This document shows positions 13,899 through 24,833 of a stretch of DNA of 64,000 nucleotides, piece by piece; the stretch's first letter is position 1, and each line of letters starts with the position of its first letter. This DNA comes from Octopus bimaculoides. Its lineage: Eukaryota. The notes beneath the pieces were generated by a model. That model made no database searches. It had not been told where the DNA came from and saw only the letters and a list, made by a program, of their open reading frames with translations. The position numbers and the translations under genes are program-made. The stretch lies in assembly GCF_001194135.2 (NCBI RefSeq), contig NC_068988.1:23828606-23892605 (forward strand). Direction: 5' to 3'.

Positions 13899-14129
13899 TA
13901 TTGGGTTGTCCGGAAAGTCCGTGCCGATTTATAGTAGCTTACATTCAACTTATTTGCCACGAAACCACCTCAATTCTGGAAAGAGGGTATTTTCAAGTTA
14001 AAGAAATGATGGAGACGCATTGTGCAACAGAATGGTTCATATTTGTTTGATTAAAAATGTAATGGTAAGTATTTATTGACCTTTTTCTTTCCTTTAAAAA
14101 TCGGCACGAACTTTCCGGACAACCCAATA
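13899..14129 (+). mobile_element. Internally deleted mariner transposon (231 bp including TA TSDs)
   Basis: 32-bp TIRs tattgggttgtccggaaagtccgtgccgattt / aaatcggcacgaactttccggacaacccaata (1 mismatch), TA at both ends. Interior encodes KPPQFWKEGIFKLKK*WRRIVQQNGSYL, a mariner transposase C-terminus. Confidence 0.92.
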
Positions 14130-14302
14130 GGTTCAGTTCGTAGTGCAGGGTTTCCGATTAATTTCAGCTTCAGTTAGTTGAACCGATTTCACTCGTAACA
14201 CTCGAAGCTATCGAAGAAGGGAGTCTTGCCTGATTGTACTGCGCTTGGGGGCGAACCCAGGAACTCAGAATCGTGAAACGAGCTTCGTAAACACTCGCTC
14301 AT

Positions 14303-14565
14303 ATTTTATATCACGCACACACACACACACACACACGCACACACACACACACACACACACACGCATAGATACACACACATGGATACAGACATTGGAACAT
14401 ACATGTGCATACACACAATCACACATTCAGTCACACATACATTCGAACACACACTCCTACATATACAAACACATATTCACATGCACACACACATACAAAC
14501 ACACTCACACACTCACACACACAAACACACAATCACGCTCACACAAACAGACAGACAGACACACA

Positions 14566-14608
<43 letters not shown>

Positions 14609-14629
14609 CATNNNNNNNNNNNNNNNNNA

Positions 14630-14684
<55 letters not shown>

Positions 14685-14685
14685 C
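14303..14685. repeat. Long compound (CA)n microsatellite
   Basis: Read directly. Confidence 0.95.
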
Positions 14686-15064
14686 ATTAAGCAATCACAT
14701 TGAAACTGAGTAACATCTCAAAAAAGTTTCACATTATGTTTAAAATAGTATTTGACCCCATATTGCACAATAGTTAAATACCAGAAGTCACAGAGAGGAT
14801 TCCCATTTGGTCACACGGCCTTCCAGACTTATATACAAGACCACAATAGCGTTCTTGATGCAAGCAGTCATGTAATTTCATCACTTTGGGCAAATTCTTT
14901 TACTATGACCCTAGGCCAACCAAAGTCTGGCGTTGTAAAAGGATCTTAAGGACCTTAATAAAAACAGAGTGAATAACTGCGAGGATAGAATTAATAGGAA
15001 TGTAGAATTTTCCCTGGCGAATGGAATTTCAAATATATTATGCTGCATTATAATATATAGAATA

Positions 15065-15405
15065 AGGCGGCGAGCTGTCAGAAACGTTAGCACGCGGGCG
15101 AAATACCTAGCCGTATTTCGTCTGTCTTTATGTTCTGAGTTCAAATTCTGCCGAGGACGACTTCGCTTTTCATTCGTTCGGATTCGAGGTAATCGACTGG
15201 CCCCATCCCCGAATATGTTGTGCCTTGAGTAAAATAAGAAACATTAGCACGCCGGGCGAAATTCTTAGCGGTATTTCGTCCGGTTTTACGTTTTTAGTTC
15301 AAATTCCGCTGAGGTCGACTTTGCCTTTCATCCTTTCGGGATCCATAAATTAAATACCAGTTGCGTACTGAGGTCGATCTAATCGACTGACCTCCCTCCC
15401 CGAAA
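15065..15405 (+). mobile_element. Family A SINE head-to-tail dimer
   Basis: First unit 15065-15240; second unit starts at acattagcacgccgggcg (15241) and repeats the B box and central module. Confidence 0.88.
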
Positions 15406-16287
15406 ATATAATGTATAAAATGTTAAACAGTAATGTTCAATTAATATTCTTCAGAAAATGTTGTTAGTGAAAGACGTATCTGGTAGTGTAAACACACACA
15501 CATTATATATATATATTTGTGTGCGTTAGTGTGTGTATGTGTATTTAGGCATGTATATATGCATACATAGTTATCTATGTATATACACGCACAAACAAGC
15601 TCACATGTGTCTCTGTTGTAAGCGTTTCTTTGTGTAAGTGCGTAGACATGTTTTATAGACAATGTAGAAATCAAAATATTTGATAGAATTGTAGCTTTAA
15701 ATTTTCGCACAAAGAAGCAATAAAATTAGTTATGTGTATAAAGAGGTGAAAATAAAACGTGTATCTTATCAAATAATATTGGCAGTTACAAGGTGTTTCG
15801 AATTGATAATGTATATAGGTGTGTATATTTACAATTTGTTTTTAAGAACGAAATGTAAATGTTACTAGAATGGAAATATGAAGTGATATACGCCATACAT
15901 GAAAAAGATATCAGTTTGAAAGAAATTGTTTGAAAGTGAATAGAATGGAATAAAAGTTAGATAATGGGAGATTATAAGATATCACAATTTGGGTTAAAAT
16001 AAAGTTGTAAAAGGTTACTCAGTAGCGTAAGAAAGTGTATGCTAAATCTTATACTAGATATGGTGAACATAGAGAAAATTGGAAAAAGGAGATTGCGAAT
16101 AATCTTAATTATGTATGAAAGTAAATTCGAAGTGATTTAGCACAAGTTGAGGAAAGCTAAGTAGAATAGCAGAAATATAATGAAGCTTAATGAACAGGAG
16201 AAAGGTTTGGCTGGGATTTTAAGTAGCAAGTTTCAATATGAAATGAATATGATAAGTATAGGGGCAAATATTGGTTCTAAAATTAAA

Positions 16288-16443
16288 GTAGTGACTGTGT
16301 GGTAAGTAGCTTGCTTACCAACCACATAGTTCCGGGTTCAGTCCCACTGCGTGGTACCTTGGGCAAGTGTCTTCTACTATTGGCTCGGGCCGACCAAAGC
16401 CTTGTGTGTGGATTTGGCAGACAGAAACTGAAAGAAGACCGTC

Positions 16444-16477
<34 letters not shown>

Positions 16478-16805
16478 ATATNNNNNNNNNNNNNNNNNNN
16501 NNNNNNNNNNNNNNNNNNNNNNNNNNNNNNNNNNNNNNNNNNNNNNNNNNNNNNNNNNNNNNNNNNNNNNNNNNNNNNNNNNNNNNNNTGTGTGTGTGTG
16601 TGTCTGTGTTTGTCCCCACAACATCACTTGATAACCGATGCTGGTGTTTTTATGTCCCCGTTATCTAGCGGTTCAGCAAAAGAACCGATAGAATAAGAAC
16701 TAAGCTTACAAAGAATAAGTCGCGGTGTCGATTTGCTCGACTACAGGCGGTGCTCAAGCATGGCCGCAGTCAAATGACTGAAACAAGTAAAAGAGTAAAG
16801 AGTAA
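16288..16805 (+). mobile_element. Family B CORE-type SINE, full length, with internal microsatellite
   Basis: tRNA-like head (tgtgtggtaag...gggttcagtccc), CORE-like accttgggcaagtgtctt, internal (TA)n/N/(TG)n, 3' body ...gcggttcagcaaaagaaccgatagaataag..., tail aaaagagtaaagagta. An octopus CORE-SINE (OR2) is known, but I cannot confirm the name without an alignment. Confidence 0.9.
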
Positions 16806-17685
16806 ATGTATAAACTTCTCATAGTCAAATGTTCAGGGTTATTGTTGCTACCGTGTAGTTTGAGACACTTCGACGTAGTAGGGAAGTTGTAATGTTTAAT
16901 AGAGAAATAGCAGTTAATAAATCTGGCCGGTTGATTTAAGTAATAAATCATTTAATGTTGAATGTGTTAACTTTATTGTAGAAACTACCATTCTGGTAAA
17001 AATAAAGTGTAGATATGAGTTCTATAAAATATCACCTATTTTGAAAAATAATATGTTCAAGCTACTTCAAGAATTTTTGAAAGATCCAACCTTCGCCTGA
17101 GATCAGTTATTCTGTGAGGTTTTATACTTCCCAAGGGTCAAAAACTTAAATAATTGTAGATTGGTGAATTCAACTTCATGATTCAGAGATTCGAAGATAA
17201 GGCAGTTTTTTTATTGTTTCTTCGTAGGATTTCATATAACTGAAATGCAAAATGTTAGAGACCAGATATAACCTAAAAATGAAATATCCACTTTTGTGGG
17301 TAGATCCTTAAATACGCGTGCTTGATGTGCTTTTACGTGTGTGTAATGTGTGTGTACGTGTGTGTGATGTATATCTACGTGTATATATGTGTGTGTGAGT
17401 GTGTGTGCGTGCGTGCGTGCGTAATAAAATCCTTTTTGAACAAAACAGTACTTAAAGTAATAGGTGAAATCAAGATCGAGTTAATATTGTCTGCGAAACA
17501 GACTAACTCCTTTGTCTTATAATTAACTCCTACTTAAAAAATATTGGTGAAGATATCATTACAATTAGATACATTATGGAAGATTAACTGGTTGTTTTAA
17601 AACTTCAAATGATTCGAATTCTCTAGTGTTTTTGAAAATGTCTGTGTGTCTGGTTGAATAAGAAATTCTAATATTTTTTGTGGAA

Positions 17686-17897
17686 AATGAGGCCGTGTTC
17701 TGGCTGAATTGTTACCACGCAGTGCAAAATACATGGCGGCCAAATAATTTCGTCTGAGTTCATATTACACCGAGGTTGACTTTTCCTTTTTAGCCATTCA
17801 TGGTCGATTAAAAATAAATGCCAATTGAATACTGACATCGATGTAATCGATTTAGGCCATTCCTGAAATTGCTGGCCTTGTGCCAAAATTTAGGACC
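17686..17897 (+). mobile_element. Family A SINE (A3 tail), diverged
   Basis: tctgagttcatatt...gaggttgacttt, atcgatgtaatcgat, tail ctgaaattgctggccttgtgccaaaattt. Confidence 0.72.
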
Positions 17898-18760
17898 AAT
17901 ATGTTTTGTGAAGAGTGTCATAGTTCTTGCGCTCAGAAAAGAAATGTTTTAGCTGGATTTTCAAAGAAAATTGGCTACTGGTATGAATTGTAAGTTGAGT
18001 GGTAGGTTACACAGCTCTACGTGTCTCTTCCAACGTTTTGATAAGTGTTAANNNNNNNNNNNNNNNNNNNNNNNNNNNNNNNNNNNNNNNNNNNNNNNNN
18101 NNNNNNNNNNNNNNNNNNNNNNNNNNNNNNNNNNNNNNNNNNNNNNNNNNNNNNNNNNNNNNNNNNNNNNNNNNNNNNNNNNNNNNNNNNNNNNNNNNNN
18201 NNNNNNNNNNNNNNNNNNNNNNNNNNNNNNNNNNNNNNNNNNNNNNNNNNNNNNNNNNNNNNNNNNNNNNNNNNNNNNNNNNNNNNNNNNNNNNNNNNNN
18301 NNNNNNNNNNNNNNNNNNNNNNNNNNNNNNNNNNNNNNNNNNNNNNNNNNNNNNNNNNNNNNNNNNNNNNNNNNNNNNNNNNNNNNNNNNNNNNNNNNNN
18401 NNNNNNNNNNNNNNNNNNNNNNNNNNNNNNNNNNNNNNNNNNNNNNNNNNNNNNNNNNNNNNNNNNNNNNNNNNNNNNNNNNNNNNNNNNNNNNNNNNNN
18501 NNNNNNNNNNNNNNNNNNNNNNNNNNNNNNNNNNNNNNNNNNNNNNNNNNNNNNNNNNNNNNNNNNNNNNNNNNNNNNNNNNNNNNNNNNNNNNNNNNNN
18601 NNNNNNNNNNNNNNNNNNNNNNNNNNNNNNNNNNNNNNNNNNNNNNNNNNNNNNNNNNNNNNNNNNNNNNNNNNNNNNNNNNNNNNNNNNNNNNNNNNNN
18701 NNNNNNNNNNNNNNNNNNNNNNNNNNNNNNNNNNNNNNNNNNNNNNNNNNNNNNNNNNNN

Positions 18761-19008
18761 GTAGGTGCCTTAGGTATAATAAAAGAAATATTCAGACAAA
18801 TACATAAAAAAACACCAGGCCTTACAAATATATATAACATACAAAAAATTGCACTACTGGGCACTGCACACATCCAACGCAAAACACTTTCAATACAGTA
18901 ACCATAAGAGCATCACAGCAAACCACAGTACATACCCAAGGCGCACAGAGCTGCATTCGGTAGTGAAGTGAAAGCATGTTATAAAAATAAAACTACTGAA
19001 CAACAATG

Positions 19009-19043
<35 letters not shown>
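18761..19043 (+). mobile_element. R4/Dong-like non-LTR retrotransposon, 3' end with 3'UTR and (AAT)n tail
   Basis: VGALGII...IQKIALLGTAHIQRKTLSIQ* is the C-terminal end of the restriction-like endonuclease of R4-clade ORFs; roughly 94% identical by eye to 41547-41784; carries small frameshifts; upstream part lies in a gap. Confidence 0.85.
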
Positions 19044-21546
19044 TGAACATAGTTCGATACGAACCATCGAATAATATCACTGACAGCAGCTCAGCATTTT
19101 GTTCCCATACTGACTTTGAAAGCTACTGTATTCATTTTTTTTTTTCATCTAAAGTGTGTTGCTATATAAGAAAATAGATTTTCTTGCTTGAATATATTGT
19201 TGATGTCTGCTTAAAAAAGAAATTAATTCTGTTATGTGCACGCTGCTATAAGAATAAGTTCAATGATCATAGGATAGTATTCTTTATATCAAACAGGAAG
19301 AAATGGTAGTTTCTCATCATTAATAGTAATAAATTCCACTACGGCTGAATTTGAATAATTGCATAGGGAAATTGTATTATTCCCATAACGTGATTCAAAC
19401 TTGATTTTAAGAAAGATAGGATTCAATACATACTTACTAAGGATACTTAAAAATGTCTTCGAAAGTTTATCTTCCAATGATCGTTGAATGTAAAGTATGT
19501 CTCTAGTTCTAGCAATAATTTGGCCCTATCTTCCATGTAGTTTTCCATGCAAGATATTTCTAACTGTAATATTTACATGATCTAAGAGAACATAATTTCT
19601 AAATTCCTACAGATTAGTTGATTGAATGATATAGATATCCGAAAGTATTCTTGTTTATTGATCTCATATATAGTTTCGGTTGTACCAGAATTAATAAATA
19701 CATCGTTGCTTGAGTAGAAATAGCTATTCTTATTTCCAAGTGATTTTGGAGAAAGAGTGGGTTTTTTTTCCTACTGAATTTCCTACGAATATTTTAATTG
19801 TGCAAATAGATCAACTTTCACCGTTGTTAATAAATTATCTGGAGGAACATATCTTACTGTCTCGGACCGTATTGGCATTTCGCTGTGACCTAACAATGTT
19901 TTCAACGACGCATGTTTTCCATTTAATCCTATTGCTAAGACCGTCATTTTCAGGTGATAATAATTTTAGGTGACCTATATTTGAGGCTGTATAATGTGTT
20001 CTTATAGGAAAGTTTATTTACTGTCGTTACAGTTTTAGATTATCAGTTTATGTTTCGGGACACCTTAATTTGAAAAGTAAACTCCTTTATGAGTATAGTA
20101 GTCGTTTTTTTCTTAATTTTGTAAAAATGGACAGAAAATTATTAACTAAGTAAAGAACTCAATATGCGACGACGAAGTAAATTGTTACTTTGTAAAAATG
20201 ACCGTACCAGCCATGCCAAAATGACCGTACCAACAAATCTGGCTTCTGAAATTTTCATCTTTGTTAGCCATATGCGAACATTTAAGAAGAATCAGTAGTG
20301 GGATCTATAATAGCAATGAATGGAGAAGTTTTATCAATAAAGCATGATAATAAAAATGAAAAGTTTCTAAGGGCCTCAATTTAAGATGTACTAAAAGTGG
20401 TGGTGGTGGTTGTGAGGGGAGGAATAATGGAATAAGCGTATATAAGGATAAAATATAGGCTAAATACACAGAGAATGTACGGGAGAATTTTAATGTACAT
20501 ATGGTTGTATAACTTATTAAAATGCTTTATGAAATTATGAATATAAAAGACACACAATTTCAACGAAACCGCATTCGTTCGTAACAGATGTTACTGTTAA
20601 AAACATAGAAAAATCGAAATTTCATAAAATTAACGGCACTTTTGCGACATGTTTATTAAGTATTTTTATTTATTTGTAAAAGAAATAATTTTAGTGATAA
20701 AGAAGTTAAAACTTCAAAGTATTATTAAGTTGCTTTAATTTAAATGTCTGCGAAATGTGTATTAAACCAAACAACTAATTTATATTAAATTTACATATAA
20801 CCGAACGATGTAGTGTGAAAATCTGTTTCAGTGTTAGTAGTTATATTAATGTTAAAAATGCGAAATACGAATAATATTGTCAAAAGCGACAAATATTTTA
20901 ATAAATATCGTAATTCGTTTCCTTTAATTTAAACTAAATCACACAGAAAAAAACCTCTTAAAAGGAAGTGGTAAGGTTTAAATATTTAATCAACCAAGAC
21001 AATTTTGAGCATTTTCATTACATTAAAGAATTATCCTTATGCTCAACTAACACACACACACACACACACACAGACACACAGACACACACACACAGACACA
21101 CATACACACACAAACACGCGCGCGCGCACACACGCAGAGTTAAGTTAATTGTAAACAACTTAGCAAAATACCGAAATATAATTAAAGTAACATCTAGATT
21201 ACAGTTGCTGATNNNNNNNNNNNNNNNNNNNNNNNNNNNNNNNNNNNNNNNNNNNNNNNNNNNNNNNNNNNNNNNNNNNNNNNNNNNNNNNNNNNNNNNN
21301 NNNNNNNNNNNNNNNNNNNNNNNNNNNNNNNNNNNNNNNNNNNNNNNNNNNNNNNNNNNNNNNNNNNNNNNNNNNNNNNNNNNNNNNNNNNNNNNNNNNN
21401 NNNNNNNNNNNNNNNNNNNNNNNNNNNNNNNNNNNNNNNNNNNNNNNNNNNNNNNNNNNNNNNNNNNNNNNNNNNNNNNNNNNNNNNNNNNNNNNNNNNN
21501 NNNNNNNNNNNNNNNNNNNNNNNNNNNNNNNNNNNNNNNNNNNNNN

Positions 21547-21601
<55 letters not shown>

Positions 21602-22430
21602 ACCTCACATACACATGTAATAGTTACCTCCAATGCGTAGCTTTCAACTGGTTTTCTACTCAACATCAAGAACAACATGCTTATATAAATTTCCAAGTTT
21701 TGTACTTGTCTACATGGAATCGCTATGAAGTTTCGCCCTTCAAATTCTTTTGGCTTTCTGCTAGATTTATATAGTTCGGTGTGGATTTTTTTCAGTGAAC
21801 CTTTTCCAATATAATCGTAATTAAATCATCAAAATGTATGAAGAAAACAATGTTGAGATACATGAAATATCTCCACCCTCATTGTCTTTTTACAATAAAT
21901 TCCAATATAATCGCAATCTACGCATCTGAATGTTATCTGTAGAAAATTTTTCATAAAAAATTTACCCATTTTTTCTGAAAGTTATTAGAATGAAATCGAG
22001 GTGCTGTACACTTGTATAGGTATACCCAATTAACGCAACTTAAAACCAACTTTGTTGTTCCGTTTTCTATTTCATTAACAACACCTAAAAAGTAAGAAAT
22101 GAAATTGGAATCAGCCTAAATTTGGCTGACGCAGGACTAAACTCCTAACTTGTAGAAAGTAGCGTTGAAAATATCTAGGCAACCGTTATATTTTGAGAAG
22201 TATAAATAGACATTAAAAAACGCTATTCTGCATTAAGCTGAAATGTAATGAAAAAATTCGTGTTTGAATTATACAATAATAAAAGAAACCTCAAAATCGA
22301 ATTTTGATAAGATATATTAAAACTGGAATTTATAAATATTTTCTAGACAGTTTAGTCTTAAATAATAACTTCCATTTAGTAAAAGTTACATAATCCAATT
22401 TAATTAGCTAGCCGCATTCTTTCATTATTG

Positions 22431-22465
<35 letters not shown>

Positions 22466-23179
22466 NNNNNNNNNNNNNNNNNNNNNNNNNNNNNNNNNNN
22501 NNNNNNNNNNNNNNNNNNNNNNNNNNNNNNNNNNNNNNNNNNNNNNNNNNNNNNNNNNNNNNNNNNNNNNNNNNNNNNNNNNNNNNNNNNNNNNNNNNNN
22601 NNNNNNNNNNNNNNNNNNNNNNNNNNNNNNNNNNNNNNNNNNNNNNNNNNNNNNNNNNNNNNNNTATATATACATATATAGTCACATATATACGTACATA
22701 TATACCTACACGTAATCACATTAATATATATAACATCCTACATTAAGAAAATAACCTAGACGTCAATTACAAGGAGTCGTGCCGCATAGTTGTCGTACAG
22801 GCTCATATTATAGAAACGAACATTGTCTTGTATACGATAATTATAAATCAATAAAACATATGTGGTTAACCTTAAGTATATAGTAAAAGCAATATGCAAC
22901 AAGTGTAGTATTATGAAAATTAAGCACCGATAATTTGGTGGTTGGTATAAATCTTAGAATAAGATTCAAAGTAACAATAGGTGTTGTAAAATAGAAAGAA
23001 AATCGCTTGTCTAGGTAAGCATTGTCTCTGTAGGAAATCTATTCATTGACAATGTAAGCAATGTGGAAGAGAAGGCATTGGTTTTGAAGAACAGCGACTA
23101 AATGGTGTTAAGACTATATATTATGAAACATTGTTGTTCCTAAATCTCTCAGCGAGAGATATGCAGTAGCAGCACTTTA

Positions 23180-23336
23180 AAGTAACGATTTTTTGCCAAC
23201 TTATTGTGGCAGTCCCATTTTGAGGCGAATACTACTGATATTTAGCCCCGGGAAATGATGTCTCCTGGTGCTAAACAACAGTGGCATTCGCTCCGAGATG
23301 AGACTGCCACATTAGGTTGGCAAAAAATCGTTACTG
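23180..23336. mobile_element. Tc1/mariner-superfamily MITE (157 bp), TA TSD
   Basis: About 34-bp TIRs: aagtaacgattttttgccaacttattgtggcagtc / gactgccacattaggttggcaaaaaatcgttactg; TA at 23178-23179 and 23337-23338. Confidence 0.85.
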
Positions 23337-23520
23337 TATATATTATGAATTTATAATAAATGTGTAAGCTCATCTGACCAAGTAAATTTACAGCGTGATG
23401 TGAAACTTAGTATTCATTCGTATAAAGTGTTTGATATGTCACCATTTATACACTGAAAATCAAGGAGCATCCTTATGCTCAAGTAATACTCTTCAGATGA
23501 AATCATCAATTAAAGTCGGT

Positions 23521-23564
<44 letters not shown>

Positions 23565-24785
23565 ATATCTATCTATCTATCTATCTATCTATTTATGTAT
23601 CTGTTTGTCTGTTAATCTGCCTGTCTGTCTGTGTGTTCGTCCGGTTTGTATGTACATTTGTTCTACATGAGGAAGAGTACATCTCACTCATTGAGCGTTA
23701 AAGATTTAATGGTTGTAACGTAATTACTTGAGAGATTCGCGAAAGGTACGTAGCGGAGAAGCATAAATTTTGGCTAAACCGAGAACTTGAATATTCTACA
23801 TCCAATTTTCTGTAACTTGTCTTGTGTTCATTGCGTATATAATACATACATACATACATACATACATACATAAGTTTATCATTTAAGTGTATATGAGCAT
23901 GTGTAGATATGCAACTATATGCATGAAAAGACATACATATATACATGCAAGCATGCGTACATACATGCATATATTCATTTATCTATTCATTTATATATAT
24001 ACNNNNNNNNNNNNNNNNNNNNNNNNNNNNNNNNNNNNNNNNNNNNNNNNNNNNNNNNNNNNNNNNNNNNNNNNNNNNNNNNNNNNNNNNNNNNNNNNNN
24101 NNNNNNNNNNNNNNNNNNNNNNNNNNNNNNNNNNNNNNNNNNNNNNNNNNNNNNNNNNNNNNNNNNNNNNNNNNNNNNNNNTATATATATATATATATAT
24201 ATACATATATTGCAGTATATTCTCAACTTAACTCATGATAAACTAGTTTTCTCTTCTATTTCGGGACCAGACAACTCACATACTGCGCAACAAAAAGTTT
24301 TATTGGTTAATGTTTTTGTTTTTCTTTTCTGAATCTCTCTTTTATTTAGTAAAATTGAACTTTCGAATTAGTTTAACAGTTATTCATTCATATAATTCTT
24401 TATTTTCGAATTGCAAATTAAATTGGAAAAGAACAGGAAGCGGTACGAAAGACAAAAGAAGAAACACACGATAATTTTATTCAGTTCACTAATATTAATA
24501 TTAACGGATGGAATATATGAATAAGATGTCTATTATTTTATTATTCAGCATTTTATCAAAATATTGTCGCAGTTTGATTCCTCTAAACAAAGAATTTACG
24601 TTTAAATGAAGGATAGGCTGCAAGTGTTGAAGTGGTTGTCTAGTATTAGTTCAGCTTTAAATAAGAAGACCGATTGTCCGAGATATTCAATACACAGTCA
24701 TTCTGTTCTTCCTTCTGACACGGCGTTATCTCGCACTAGATTATTGACGGTGCTATACAACTAATAAGATGGGTAATACAAAGCT

Positions 24786-24833
24786 GTGGAGGCGCAACGG
24801 CNNNNNNNNNNTAAGCGACGGAGTGCCAACAAC
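24786..24833 (+). mobile_element. tRNA-headed SINE (family D) collapsed into a 10-N gap
   Basis: Head ggaggcgcaacggc and tail gcgacggagtgccaacaac match the two ends of the 60772-61150 element; 11-bp TSD aatacaaagct at 24775-24785 and 24834-24844. Confidence 0.8.
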
